Source: Candidatus Aquitaenariimonas noxiae
Lineage (GTDB): Bacteria > Omnitrophota > Gorgyraeia > Aquitaenariimonadales > Aquitaenariimonadaceae
DNA length: 64,000 bases
Reading direction: 5' to 3'
Assembly: GCA_002780005.1 (NCBI GenBank)
Contig: PEWV01000075.1
Span: forward strand, 14,133-78,132
Below are positions 19,534-29,217 of the stretch, piece by piece. The translations under genes were made by a program, and so were the position numbers. The first letter of the stretch is position 1. Each line of letters begins with the position of its first letter. Below the pieces are notes generated by a model. The model worked only from the letters and a program-made list of their open reading frames with translations. It did no database searches and was not told the origin of the DNA.

Positions 19534-20004
19534 TTACGCTCCGCTTGGCAATCTATTTATATGGCACCAGTAGAAACTAAAACCGTCGACAATTTTGGCG
19601 AATTCTTTATAGTCCAGCGGCTTTTGGATAAAACTATTAGCGCCGCTTTTGTAGCTTCTCAATACGTCATTTTCATCCTTGGACGAGGTTAGCATGATTA
19701 TAGGTATAAAATTATACTTAGGGTCTTTTTTAAGCTTTTCTAAAACTCCGAAACCGTCCACCCCAGGCATATTAATATCTAAAATCACAAGGTGCGGCGC
19801 GGGAAACCTATATCTGTCCTGATACTTTCCGCAATTATAAATAAAATCCAGGACTTCCTGGCCGTTTTTAACCACATAAATATTATTTTTAAACTTCGAT
19901 CCGCTAAATGCCCTTAGGGTTATTTTAACATCGGCCTCATTGTCTTCGGCCAGAAGAATATTCATAGGTTTGCTCGTTACTTTTATATCTGAGTTTTTGT
20001 CCAT
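19534..20004 (-). CDS. Rcp1-like single-domain response regulator
   Basis: LLAEDN, LDINMP, LTSS, GANSFIQKP, FYW motifs. Confidence 0.9.
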   Translation of the reverse strand: MDKNSDIKVTSKPMNILLAEDNEADVKITLRAFSGSKFKNNIYVVKNGQEVLDFIYNCGKYQDRYRFPAPHLVILDINMPGVDGFGVLEKLKKDPKYNFIPIIMLTSSKDENDVLRSYKSGANSFIQKPLDYKEFAKIVDGFSFYWCHINRLPSGA

Positions 20005-20018
20005 GATTATTATCTGCT

Positions 20019-22070
20019 CTAAACTTCTATCTTATCTGGCGGAGTGCCTGTTTCTTTTGCCTTTTGTTTTTTAAGCTTCTCCTCGAGCTCCGCTTCGGTG
20101 ATAAGGCCGTCTTCGACAAGTATTTCTCCGATCTTTTTCTTTTCGACCAGGTCTTTCGGTATCGTAAAGTAAAAAGCGGCACCCTTGCCGACTTCCGAGT
20201 CGATCCAAATATTGCCACCATGATCGTCAATTACCTTTTTCACAATGCTCAAACCCGCACCTGTTCCCTCGTACTCATCCGAGGAATGCAGGCGTTTAAA
20301 AAGGCCAAATATCTGCGAGTGGTACTTGGGGTCAATACCTATACCGTTATCTTTGACGTAAAACTTGTGGAATTCGCCGCCATCCAAATACCCGACTTCA
20401 ACTTTAGGATTTTCTTTGTTATTTTTAGATGAAAATTTTATCGCGTTATTTATCAGATTCAAAAATACCTCGCCAAGTTTAATACGGTCGCAATGCACTA
20501 TCGGTATATTTTCATGAATTTTTAAATCTACCTTATTATGGGTGATGTCAAATTTGATGCGCTCCGTAATGGAGCTTATCAGTTCATTTATATCAACATC
20601 TTCGTAAGGGTTTTTAATTCTTGAAACGCGTGAAAGTTTAAGCAAATCTTCGATAAGTCTGTTCATCCTGTCGGCGCCTTTGCGTATCTCATTCAAATAA
20701 TCCTTGCCTTGCTCGTCCAGTTTGCTCTTATAATCCTCCTCCAGAAAACTAGCGAAAGATGAAATACCCCTTAAAGGAGCGCGGAGGTCATGGCTAGCTG
20801 TATACACGAAGGCGTCGAGTTCTTTATTTACCTTTTCTAAAAGTACTTTTTGCTCCTCCACCTTTTCCTTCTCTAATTCGACATTGGCCTTTGCTTGAAC
20901 AAGGGCATCTGTCATCTTATTGAAAGAATTAGCTAATTCTCCGATCTCATCTTTTGTATTTGATTTCACGCGAGCAGAAAAATCGCCTCCGCTTATTACG
21001 CCGGCAACCGCCGTCAAGTCTTTGATCGGTCTTGATACCGAATTTGCTATAATTGCGGCAAGCAACGTAATAAGCGCTAAAAGCGCAAGCCCTATTTTTA
21101 ATAAGGTATTTCTTAGCTCTCTTGCCGAAGTAATGACTTCTTCTGTGTCCATTTTAACAACCATGCCGAGGCGAAAAGAAGGTATATTACGCCATACGCC
21201 CAGGGTTTCTTTACCCATGCAATCAATAGTGGTACCAGAGCCTTCTTCTCCCTGGACGGCTTTTTGTATGCCTAAACCCTCTTTAGATCCAATAGTAATT
21301 TTTCTTGTGAAAGCGGCATTAGGATCGAACCGTGTAGGCGCGATGAATACAGCATCATTGCCGATCTTTGAAGCGATTATCGTTTCCCCTGTTTTACCCA
21401 AACCCGCATAGTCCTTTACAAGCTCGCAAATGCCATCGTTATTCATCTGCAATATAACAACTCCGACAAGGTCTGCGCCCCTAAAGACAGGGGCAGCAAT
21501 AAAAGCCGACGCCTTTTGCGTTTGGGGGTTATATTCAAAATCGGATATTTCCGTCTTTGAGCTCTCTTTGGCCCTCATGAATACTTTTGCCAGTTCAGAA
21601 TTTTTATTAAACAATACTATCTCATAAAGCGATTTCTGTTCTTCTTTTTTCTTTACGGAGAAAATAGCTTCGCCGTTAGGACGGATAAGAACGAGGTCTT
21701 CATAGCCATATGCCTTTTGATAGTACGCCAGAAACGGCCTGAATTCCTGGTCAACGGCTGTATATTCCGGGGAATTCATTCCTCCGGCGTAAAATGCTTT
21801 ATCAAATTTCTCTATAGCTATCACTATATCCGACATATAAGATAGCGTGGTTACATTTTTCTCTTTTTCATGCAGGTATGATTCAACCCGATTGGCCTTA
21901 TCGTCGGCAACAGCCAGAAGGCTATTAGCCACTTCTTTTTCAAGTACCTTTTTAGAAGTGCTATAGCTTATATAAGTAGCTATAATTAATGGTACTAATG
22001 CGATAAATAAAAACCACAGGATGAACTTGGCGGTTATCCTAAGATTATTAAAATATGCTAATTGGCGCAT
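20019..22070 (-). CDS. Cache-HAMP histidine kinase with C-terminal MshEN-like motif
   Basis: TM-periplasmic domain-TM, DEIGELA HAMP, SHDLRAP, GTGAGL, C-terminal KIGEILVEDGLITEAELEEKLKKQ. Confidence 0.9.
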   Translation of the reverse strand: MRQLAYFNNLRITAKFILWFLFIALVPLIIATYISYSTSKKVLEKEVANSLLAVADDKANRVESYLHEKEKNVTTLSYMSDIVIAIEKFDKAFYAGGMNSPEYTAVDQEFRPFLAYYQKAYGYEDLVLIRPNGEAIFSVKKKEEQKSLYEIVLFNKNSELAKVFMRAKESSKTEISDFEYNPQTQKASAFIAAPVFRGADLVGVVILQMNNDGICELVKDYAGLGKTGETIIASKIGNDAVFIAPTRFDPNAAFTRKITIGSKEGLGIQKAVQGEEGSGTTIDCMGKETLGVWRNIPSFRLGMVVKMDTEEVITSARELRNTLLKIGLALLALITLLAAIIANSVSRPIKDLTAVAGVISGGDFSARVKSNTKDEIGELANSFNKMTDALVQAKANVELEKEKVEEQKVLLEKVNKELDAFVYTASHDLRAPLRGISSFASFLEEDYKSKLDEQGKDYLNEIRKGADRMNRLIEDLLKLSRVSRIKNPYEDVDINELISSITERIKFDITHNKVDLKIHENIPIVHCDRIKLGEVFLNLINNAIKFSSKNNKENPKVEVGYLDGGEFHKFYVKDNGIGIDPKYHSQIFGLFKRLHSSDEYEGTGAGLSIVKKVIDDHGGNIWIDSEVGKGAAFYFTIPKDLVEKKKIGEILVEDGLITEAELEEKLKKQKAKETGTPPDKIEV

Positions 22071-22091
22071 GTCGTACCCTTTAAATTAAAT

Positions 22092-22119
22092 AAAAAACCC
22101 AGGTGCCTATGTCCCGGGT
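22092..22119 (-). terminator. Possible intrinsic terminator after HTH gene
   Basis: Minus strand ACCCGGG-N9-CCTGGGT followed by a T run. Confidence 0.45.
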
Positions 22120-22120
22120 G

Positions 22121-22312
22121 TTAATTATTTTGTGTATTACCGTTCACATGGCTGCTTCTAAACCATTCGTCAATTTCAGTCTTTTTAAATCTCCATAAAT
22201 GCCCAACCTTCGAAGCTGGGATCTTTCTGTTTTTGGCAAGACGATACACCGTCATTATGTCGACCTTTAGGTAGCTTGCCAACTCTTCTGCGGTAAGAAA
22301 ATCTGAAACCAA
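22121..22312 (-). CDS. Excisionase-like HTH DNA-binding protein
   Basis: LTAEELASYLKV...TVYRLA...IPASKVGHLWRF; AAGGAG SD and TTG start. Confidence 0.88.
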   Translation of the reverse strand: MVSDFLTAEELASYLKVDIMTVYRLAKNRKIPASKVGHLWRFKKTEIDEWFRSSHVNGNTQNN

Positions 22313-22375
22313 CCTGCAACTCCTTTATATGCGGTATTATACGCTAATAATATGCAACTTACTTTATTTAACAGA

Positions 22376-22404
22376 AGTTTACATTAGTTTCTGCTATTTG
22401 TCAA
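22376..22404 (-). promoter_or_regulatory. Sigma70-like promoter upstream of HTH/kinase/pilus cluster
   Basis: TTGACA-17 nt-TAAACT on minus strand. Confidence 0.55.
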
Positions 22405-22475
22405 GTTAGGAGTTTAAAAAAGTTAACCTTTTCTAAGCGGATTTTCTATTGGTCAAAAAATCTTGTAATGGCGCG

Positions 22476-23522
22476 TTATACTTTATTAATTATATGGATC
22501 ATGTCGCAAAGTCGGCCAAATTTGGATTTATTGAATTTCATGATAAGCCTGGGAAGGTAGGGGTATTCGTTTCTTTTAAGCTCTTCTTCCAGAGGGCCGG
22601 AATTCTTTATATAGCCGCGTATCAGAATATCGCTAAAGTCTTTTTTTATTTTCCGCAGCAGCCATTTGGGTAACGGGTGCTTTAATCTCATCACTGTAAG
22701 ACCTCTTACATAACGGATCGAATGATAGACCCTATAAAAATTTTCTACGTAGTCTGCCGCCTCTTTAACATCATTAATGTAAGTAAAAAGCTTCAGATCA
22801 TCCTCGGATATGTAGCCTCTCTTTAATAACTGCCCTTTAATAAAGCTCATCCAGCTCTTCCAGTAAATTCCGCCCTTTGGTTCCATAAGCACAATAGGCC
22901 TGGGGCGGCATTTGCCTGTCTGGATAAGCGTTAGATTTTCAAAACCTTCGTCATGCGTTCCGAATCCGCCAGGAAAAAGGACGGTTGCGTCAGATTCTTT
23001 TATAAAAATGAGTTTTCGCGTAAAGAAATGTTTAAAGCCAATAAGATAAGGACTATTTTTTATGAACTTATTTTCTCTCTGCTCGAACGGAAGCCGGATA
23101 TTTACCCCAAAACTTTTTCCTGGCCCTGCACCTTTGTTTGCCGCCTCCATTATCCCTGGGCCCGCTCCGGTGATAACCATGAACTTGCGTTTAACGATCT
23201 CTCTGGAAAAATTTTCGGCAAGCTTATAGTCCGGGCTCTCTTTTTTAGTCTTTGCCGAACCAAAGACTATTACTTTTCTAACATCGCGAAAAGGGGAAAA
23301 TACCCTGAAGGCGTATCTTAATTCTTTCAAGGATAAATTTATTAGCTTCAGATCACCGTTATCCCCGCCCTCCCTGCCGAGCTTGATAGCGGTTGTTATG
23401 ATTTCCCTCAACAGTTGGGCAGCTTCTCCGGACCCGTAGCCATTTGCAAGTTGAGTTATAATTCTGTCGATCTTTTCATCGCCGACTATATACGGTCTTC
23501 TCGTTTTAGTTTTTGACTTCAT
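22476..23522 (-). CDS. LOG family nucleotide-binding protein (extended)
   Basis: VFGSA, TGAGPGIMEA, FFTRK, PGGFGT motifs. Confidence 0.88.
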   Translation of the reverse strand: MKSKTKTRRPYIVGDEKIDRIITQLANGYGSGEAAQLLREIITTAIKLGREGGDNGDLKLINLSLKELRYAFRVFSPFRDVRKVIVFGSAKTKKESPDYKLAENFSREIVKRKFMVITGAGPGIMEAANKGAGPGKSFGVNIRLPFEQRENKFIKNSPYLIGFKHFFTRKLIFIKESDATVLFPGGFGTHDEGFENLTLIQTGKCRPRPIVLMEPKGGIYWKSWMSFIKGQLLKRGYISEDDLKLFTYINDVKEAADYVENFYRVYHSIRYVRGLTVMRLKHPLPKWLLRKIKKDFSDILIRGYIKNSGPLEEELKRNEYPYLPRLIMKFNKSKFGRLCDMIHIINKV

Positions 23523-23817
23523 TTTTTAACCACTCAAAAAAAATTTTATTCGGCTCTGTGTAAAACTTTAAAATACACGGAACCTTGTAAGGATGGACAC
23601 GTTCTACTTCTTTTTTCACCTTTTTAAAATTAGTTAAAGTCGTTTTCGCGATCAGAACGAATTCGTCTTCATCCGCTATTTTCCCTTCCCACCAGTATAC
23701 ACTATTTATCGGAAAAATGTTGGCGCACGCTATTAATTTTCGTTTGAGCAAGCGCCGCGCTATTTCCTTTGCGACCTTTTTCGTAGGATTTGTTATGTAG
23801 ATAAACTCAATTTTCAT
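23506..23817 (-). CDS. cutA: Divalent-cation tolerance protein CutA
   Basis: LIACANI, SVYWWEG, HPYKVP motifs. Confidence 0.92.
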   Translation of the reverse strand: MKIEFIYITNPTKKVAKEIARRLLKRKLIACANIFPINSVYWWEGKIADEDEFVLIAKTTLTNFKKVKKEVERVHPYKVPCILKFYTEPNKIFFEWLKNEVKN

Positions 23818-23819
23818 CC

Positions 23820-24035
23820 TTATTTTTCAAATACCTCAACTGTCTTGTTCGGGCGCTTCCCGCCTGATACGATAATGACCCTAGATGAAAAATATTTCGA
23901 AACGAGTTTTATGCATGCCTTATTTGCCAATCCCCTGGAGGCGGGTTCCTTTACTTTTACTATCAAGGGCCTACCCTGAACGATCTCTTCTTTTTTTGAA
24001 TCCGGTACAACCCTTATTTTTAAAAGCCTGCCCAT
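23820..24035 (-). CDS. DUF167/YggU family protein
   Basis: IRVVP, EPASRGLAN, IVSG...K pattern. Confidence 0.75.
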   Translation of the reverse strand: MGRLLKIRVVPDSKKEEIVQGRPLIVKVKEPASRGLANKACIKLVSKYFSSRVIIVSGGKRPNKTVEVFEK

Positions 24036-24038
24036 TTT

Positions 24039-25439
24039 TTAGCTCTTAAGAAAAACTATATCGTTCTTAGCCGGAACCTGTACTTTTATATCCAGCTTCT
24101 TGATGTTCTTCCTTAAAATATTCGATTGCTCTTCCTCGCCGTGCACTATAAAAACCTGCTTTAATCTGTCGCCGCAACTTTTAACGTAATCTACCAATCC
24201 GTTCGCATCGGCATGCGAGCTAAAAGAATTTATAGCGACTACATTTGCCTGCACTTCATGCTGCTGCCCGAATATTTTTATCTTTTTCACTTTTTCAACC
24301 AGACGCCTCCCCAGCGTGTCTTTCGCCATGAACCCGACTATGAGGATAGTATTATTCGGGTTTTCGATATTATTCCTAAGATGGTGCAGAATGCGGCCGT
24401 TTTCACACATCCCTGACGCAGATATGATTATCATCGGCTTTGTTTCAGTATTCAACTTTTTTGAATCTTCCACATCTGTTATATAAGTGATATTATCGCA
24501 CCCGAACGGGTCTTCGCCGGTTAAAAAAATCTTTCTTGTCACATCGTCAAAGTATTCCCAATTTTCCCTGAACACCTTTGTAATATTAACGGCTAGAGGG
24601 CTGTCAACGAATATCGGGATTTTTTTGATCTTTTTCTTTCTCATCAGCTCGCTTATGCAAAATATGACCAGCTGAGTTCTTTCAAGGGCAAATGAGGGAA
24701 TAATTATTTTCCCTCTGCGCTTTATTGTCTCGTTTATAACGGTAGCTAATTCTTTTTCTGCTTTTTCCATGCTTCCATGCGTTCTGCCGCCATAAGTGCT
24801 CTCAATGATCAGATAATCTATATCTTTAGGCACTTCGGGGTCCCTTAAGAGCGGTATGTCATACCTGCCGAGATCTACAGCGTAGGCTATCCTCATACTG
24901 CCCTTCGATGTTTTTAAGTCAAGGATCGGTATTGCGGAACCAAGAATATGCCCCGGGTCAAAAAAGGTCAAATCGACGTCATCGCTAAGAGAAAATCTTT
25001 TATGGTACTCAACGGTCCTAAAATATTTGAGGCATACCTCAGCTTCGTCTTTGGTGTAAAGAGGAAAACGGGGCGGTAATCCTTTACGTTTGTTTATCTT
25101 ATTTACATACTTTATATCTTCCTCTTGAATGTGCCCGCTATCAGGCAGCATATACCGGCATAGGTCCCGCGTAACGGATGTAGAATATATCTTTGCCCTA
25201 TACCCTTTTTTTATCAGGGTGGGGAGGTTTCCGCAATGGTCTATGTGGGCGTGGGAAAGAACGCAGGCGTCCAGATTTTGCGGGTCAAACGAGAAATTTG
25301 AATTGACAGCATAAAATTCGTCCCTGTGGCCTTGAAAAAGCCCGCAGTCCAGCAGTATATTAGCTTTGTTGGTAGATACTAGGTGCATCGAACCCGTAAC
25401 GGTTCTGGCCCCTCCGCAAAATTTGATTGTTACTGTCAA
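24039..25439 (-). CDS. MBL-fold beta-CASP ribonuclease-like hydrolase
   Basis: VTGS, SHAHIDH, GHILGS, ESTYG, SGMCENGRILHH, FSSHAD motifs. Confidence 0.9.
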   Translation of the reverse strand: MTVTIKFCGGARTVTGSMHLVSTNKANILLDCGLFQGHRDEFYAVNSNFSFDPQNLDACVLSHAHIDHCGNLPTLIKKGYRAKIYSTSVTRDLCRYMLPDSGHIQEEDIKYVNKINKRKGLPPRFPLYTKDEAEVCLKYFRTVEYHKRFSLSDDVDLTFFDPGHILGSAIPILDLKTSKGSMRIAYAVDLGRYDIPLLRDPEVPKDIDYLIIESTYGGRTHGSMEKAEKELATVINETIKRRGKIIIPSFALERTQLVIFCISELMRKKKIKKIPIFVDSPLAVNITKVFRENWEYFDDVTRKIFLTGEDPFGCDNITYITDVEDSKKLNTETKPMIIISASGMCENGRILHHLRNNIENPNNTILIVGFMAKDTLGRRLVEKVKKIKIFGQQHEVQANVVAINSFSSHADANGLVDYVKSCGDRLKQVFIVHGEEEQSNILRKNIKKLDIKVQVPAKNDIVFLKS

Positions 25440-25532
25440 AACTTTCCTCCTGTCTAAAAATATATTGTTCTAGATTATACTACTAGAAGAAGAAAAATAA
25501 AATAAATTTCACCTGCTATATAAATTCGATAC

Positions 25533-26216
25533 TTACTTAAAAATAAAGCCTGTCTGGTTAGACCAGAATAAAAGATCGAGTTCTTCGACCGGAATATTTA
25601 AAGAATCGGAGAATTTTCGCATTTTGCTTTCGATTTCGAGATAGGTTTTTTTCGTTATGGCGCGCGGTATTTCTTTTATAACTTTATATCGCTTTAAATT
25701 CTTCAATATATGTACGTCCAGTATGGACATATTTCTGCCAAGGCCTATATTCCTCAAAAAATGGCTCGCTTCTTTATATCCGAGGCCCTTTACGTTCTTA
25801 ACAAGCCATTCCCTAACTCTAAAAGTATCATTTATATCTAATATTTTCTTTATCTCTATCCTTTTCCCGTGTTTGAAAATATTACGCGCGCCTATCAGGT
25901 AACCTGTCTTATTATTAGGGAACCTGACTTTTTGCAGCTTAGACCTCACGGCGCGCTTGCCGCCATTAAAAAGCAGTCTTGATCTTTTCAGTTCTTTAAT
26001 AGCCTGGCCGCAATAAACTGCTTTTGATTGAGGGGTCAATAAACAAAAACATAGTTCTGAAAAAACATTTTCATCGTCGGATTTGTGAATATTTTCAAAC
26101 TCTTTTAGCCTTTGTTTTATGTGATGCTTTTTATCCTTGTAAACCTTGATCAGGTCTTTCGCCCCGTTAGAAATACAAATTTCTTTACAATTATTATAAT
26201 TATAGCGTTCTGCCAT
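25533..26216 (-). CDS. ogg: 8-oxoguanine DNA glycosylase/AP lyase (archaeal/Thermotoga Ogg type)
   Basis: ELCFCLLT, RFPNNK, KGLGYKEASHFLRN, ILDVHI, DLLFW motifs. Confidence 0.9.
   Translation of the reverse strand: MAERYNYNNCKEICISNGAKDLIKVYKDKKHHIKQRLKEFENIHKSDDENVFSELCFCLLTPQSKAVYCGQAIKELKRSRLLFNGGKRAVRSKLQKVRFPNNKTGYLIGARNIFKHGKRIEIKKILDINDTFRVREWLVKNVKGLGYKEASHFLRNIGLGRNMSILDVHILKNLKRYKVIKEIPRAITKKTYLEIESKMRKFSDSLNIPVEELDLLFWSNQTGFIFK
26162..26174. repeat. Solo end of the CCCCGTTAGA element family inside the ogg N-terminus
   Basis: CCCCGTTAGAAAT, read as ISNG on minus strand; no partner end seen. Confidence 0.55.
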
Positions 26217-27127
26217 TATCTACTCTGATTTAAGTATCTAAATGCCGAAAGAGCGGCCTTCGACCCTTCTCCGGCTGCTATTACAATTTGTTTTTCGGGC
26301 ACGTTTGTGACGTCGCCTGCGGCGAATATACCAGGCACATTAGTGCTGTTATGGCAATCTACTTTAATTTCACCCAACTCGTTCCTATCCACTTCCTTTG
26401 CAAATCCTGAATTTGGTATAAGGCCGATTTCCACAAAAATACCCTGGACAGGCAGGGTTTCTTCTTTCCCTTCTCTTTTTACCCTTATGCTCCTAACCGC
26501 CTTATCGCCGGTTATGGCCGTAACCTCGGCGCTGTTCAAAATAGTTACCTTATCGCTTTCTCTTATCTTTTCCTGCATTATCGGATCACCTGTGATGTTG
26601 GGCGTGATATTAATAAGGTATAAGCGCTTGGCTATTTTGATCAATTGAAGGGCGGCATCTAGGGCAGAATTCCCGCCGCCTATGATCGCCACATCCTTAC
26701 CTGAAAATAACGGACCGTCGCATGTAGCGCAGTAGGTAACGCCTCTATTTTTAAATTCTTTCTCTCCCGGAACGCCCAATTCTTTTGATTTTTTGCCTGA
26801 TGCTATAACTAAAGTCTTTGCCTCGTAGAGGCCCCTATTGGTTTTAACCGAAATAATATTATCTTTCCTTTTAACTTCTATAGCTTCTTCGCCTTCCCTT
26901 ACATTGTTTCCATATTTTTTCATATGCTCTTCAAATTTACTAGCCAGTTCCGGGCCTGTTATAAACTGATACCCTGTATAATTTTCTATATCCCCGCTCC
27001 ATGCCGCCTGGCCGCCTATATCCTTCGTGACAACTAAAAAAATTATTCTTTTACGGGCCGCGTATACGCTGGCAGTTATGCCGGCAGGGCCGGCGCCTAT
27101 TATTATAAGATCGTATATGTTTGACAT
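26216..27127 (-). CDS. Thioredoxin reductase/AhpF-like FAD oxidoreductase
   Basis: GAGPAG, YCATCDG, GGGNSA, FAAGD motifs; likely start MSNIYD at 27127. Confidence 0.9.
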   Translation of the reverse strand: MSNIYDLIIIGAGPAGITASVYAARKRIIFLVVTKDIGGQAAWSGDIENYTGYQFITGPELASKFEEHMKKYGNNVREGEEAIEVKRKDNIISVKTNRGLYEAKTLVIASGKKSKELGVPGEKEFKNRGVTYCATCDGPLFSGKDVAIIGGGNSALDAALQLIKIAKRLYLINITPNITGDPIMQEKIRESDKVTILNSAEVTAITGDKAVRSIRVKREGKEETLPVQGIFVEIGLIPNSGFAKEVDRNELGEIKVDCHNSTNVPGIFAAGDVTNVPEKQIVIAAGEGSKAALSAFRYLNQSR

Positions 27128-27137
27128 GTTATGATAA

Positions 27138-27341
27138 AATTCCAAAACACAAATTCCAAATTACAATCTGAATTCGAAATCCGAATATCGAATATCGAAA
27201 CAATATCAAATGACAAAAATTCAAATGATCAAAACTATTGTTTTGGTAATTTGAACATTCTAGTTTCGAATTTGTTTCGGATTTCGTGCTTCGAATTTCG
27301 TATTTTATAACTTTGGTCATTGTTTATTGTATATTGTAATT
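27138..27341. repeat. Long imperfect palindrome built of heptamer repeats
   Basis: Arms approx. 27170-27234 and 27240-27305 (cgaaatc cgaatat cgaatat cgaaaca versus tttcgga tttcgtg cttcgaa tttcgta), plus flanking heptamer tracts. Confidence 0.8.
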
Positions 27342-27347
27342 TTTTCA

Positions 27348-27587
27348 CTATATTCCCAACGCTTTCCTTATACTTTCTTTATCAAAGCCTACTATGATTT
27401 TACCGTCTATAATCAAAACAGGGACACCCATCTGGCCCGAAACATCTATCATCTCTTGGCCCTTTTCCGGGTTCAGGGATACGTCTATATCCTCAAATTC
27501 TACATTGTTGTCCTTTAAAAACTGTTTTGCTCTGATGCAGTAGGGACAGCTTGGAGTGCTATAAACTCTAACTTTTCTATCCATCAA
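27348..27587 (-). CDS. Glutaredoxin (NrdH/YruB-like)
   Basis: CPYC, SGQMGVP, GFD motifs. Confidence 0.9.
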   Translation of the reverse strand: MMDRKVRVYSTPSCPYCIRAKQFLKDNNVEFEDIDVSLNPEKGQEMIDVSGQMGVPVLIIDGKIIVGFDKESIRKALGI

Positions 27588-27603
27588 AACCTCCGTCAGT
27601 AAA

Positions 27604-28086
27604 CTAAAAATCCTTTTTTAAATCCAGCAATTGGCGCAAGTGGCATTGTTCCTGTATAATTAAAGCTTCTAGCACTTTGTGCTCATCCTCCGGCACGGAC
27701 CTCTTTATGCCTTCATAAAAAATAATGGAATCTTTTTCAAATCCTACGCCGGCTTCAATAGCCTCTTTATCGCTTTCCATCTTTTTTGCCATTTCGGCAC
27801 CTTTATTTTTCTTAGTAAAAACATAATCTCCGGCCAATGTATTCATATATGCAGCATATTCGCCGGGATACGATTCGGAAGGTTCATATTTTTCGAGCGA
27901 TTCCAATATTTTCTTAAATACGGCTATATGCTTTTCCTCCTCGCCTGCCAGATACCTAAACACATCGCGAGCCTTTTCGTTTTTCGATCGCTTGGCCAGC
28001 GCATTATAGAAGTCTCCTCCGTTTTTCTCTATCTGGATACCTATTTTGACAACCTCGCTACCGGAAAATAAATTTCCCATACCCAT
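27604..28086 (-). CDS. Ferritin-like rubrerythrin family protein
   Basis: EKNG..FY, EEKH, EKDS..FY, EQCH di-iron pattern. Confidence 0.85.
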   Translation of the reverse strand: MGMGNLFSGSEVVKIGIQIEKNGGDFYNALAKRSKNEKARDVFRYLAGEEEKHIAVFKKILESLEKYEPSESYPGEYAAYMNTLAGDYVFTKKNKGAEMAKKMESDKEAIEAGVGFEKDSIIFYEGIKRSVPEDEHKVLEALIIQEQCHLRQLLDLKKDF

Positions 28087-28128
28087 AACCCCTCTTTTTC
28101 TCTATAAATCCCGGATGATATTTTAACC

Positions 28129-28248
28129 TTATAACTTTTCCATGGGCTCGCCGCAACAAACAAGCTCGCCGCCGCCTACCTTTGTTACCGTAACCTCGTT
28201 ACCGCAAATATTGCATTTATATTTTTCTCCCACTCTTTCTACTGCCAT
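28129..28248 (-). CDS. Desulforedoxin, 39 aa, not in ORF track
   Basis: Manual translation [39 protein letters not shown]; AGGAGG SD. Confidence 0.9.
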   Translation of the reverse strand: MAVERVGEKYKCNICGNEVTVTKVGGGELVCCGEPMEKL

Positions 28249-28267
28249 TTTACGCCTCCTTTCAAAA

Positions 28268-29005
28268 TCATTCCATTATAAATTTTGTCAATGCCATAAA
28301 AACAAGGCCCAGAACAAAAGCTACAAAGGCTGCGCCTGATCTCTTAATATTTTTTTGTTTGTGAAGCTCGGGTATTAAATCGGACGCGGCGATATATATA
28401 AAACCCCCTGCTGTGAAAGAAATAAGAAATAGAGAGGTATCTTTCATCAAGCTCGAGACGATGTAGCCTATTATGGCTCCCAATATCGCTGTCAATGAGC
28501 ATATGAAGTTGCATAAAAGCGCTTTGCGCTTACTGAAACCGCCATATACTAAAATTCCAAAATCCCCCATTTCCTGGGGAATTTCATGAAAAATAACCGC
28601 AAGCGTCGTTACTACGCCCAATCTCAAATCTGTTACAAAACTGGCCGCTATAACCAGGCCATCGACAAAATTATGCATGCCATCACCGATTAAACTAAGA
28701 TAGGTAAAGGTGTGTATTTCACATTTGCCTTCGTGACAGTGCCGCCAATGAAGATATTTTTCCATCAAGAAAAATATGCTAAAACCTACTATAACATAAC
28801 AGAAGACATGGTTGCTTCCCCCTTCCGCTATAGCCTCAGGCAGAATATGCAGGAACGCGCCACCTATTAAAGCGCCTGCCGCAAATCCTATAAATGAAAA
28901 TACTACTTTATCAAAAATATTTGATTTAATTACAAGGGTAAGCGCCCCTACCAGCGAAATAAGGCTGACGATAAAAGTAGCCAGCAAAATCCATATAAAA
29001 ACCAT
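28268..29005 (-). CDS. ZIP family metal transporter
   Basis: [25 protein letters not shown] motifs. Confidence 0.92.
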   Translation of the reverse strand: MVFIWILLATFIVSLISLVGALTLVIKSNIFDKVVFSFIGFAAGALIGGAFLHILPEAIAEGGSNHVFCYVIVGFSIFFLMEKYLHWRHCHEGKCEIHTFTYLSLIGDGMHNFVDGLVIAASFVTDLRLGVVTTLAVIFHEIPQEMGDFGILVYGGFSKRKALLCNFICSLTAILGAIIGYIVSSLMKDTSLFLISFTAGGFIYIAASDLIPELHKQKNIKRSGAAFVAFVLGLVFMALTKFIME

Positions 29006-29019
29006 TTTAGCTCCTTAAA

Positions 29020-29205
29020 CTATTTATTTTTCTTTTTCATTTGGTCTTTGTAATACAAATAGCACTTTTTGCACACCCCATCCGATTCGGCCCATTCCGG
29101 ATGTTTCTTTTTAATAGCACCCACTACGTGCCCCTCCGTATGGGAGATCATCATGAGTAGATCTCTTGGCATCGCCTTACCGCATGTAGGACAGATATAG
29201 TCCAT
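29020..29205 (-). CDS. Small Cys/His zinc-binding hypothetical protein
   Basis: CPTC...H...HPEW...CKKC; AAGGA SD. Confidence 0.65.
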   Translation of the reverse strand: MDYICPTCGKAMPRDLLMMISHTEGHVVGAIKKKHPEWAESDGVCKKCYLYYKDQMKKKNK

Positions 29206-29217
29206 AATGATTTCCTT

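Noticed and set aside
22121-22312. Prophage or integrative element suggested by the excisionase-like HTH
   Set aside because: No integrase, att-like repeats, tRNA or phage genes nearby.
27129-27320. 63-aa ORF MTKVIKYEIRSTK...
   Set aside because: It is the translation of the heptamer palindrome and has no independent coding evidence.
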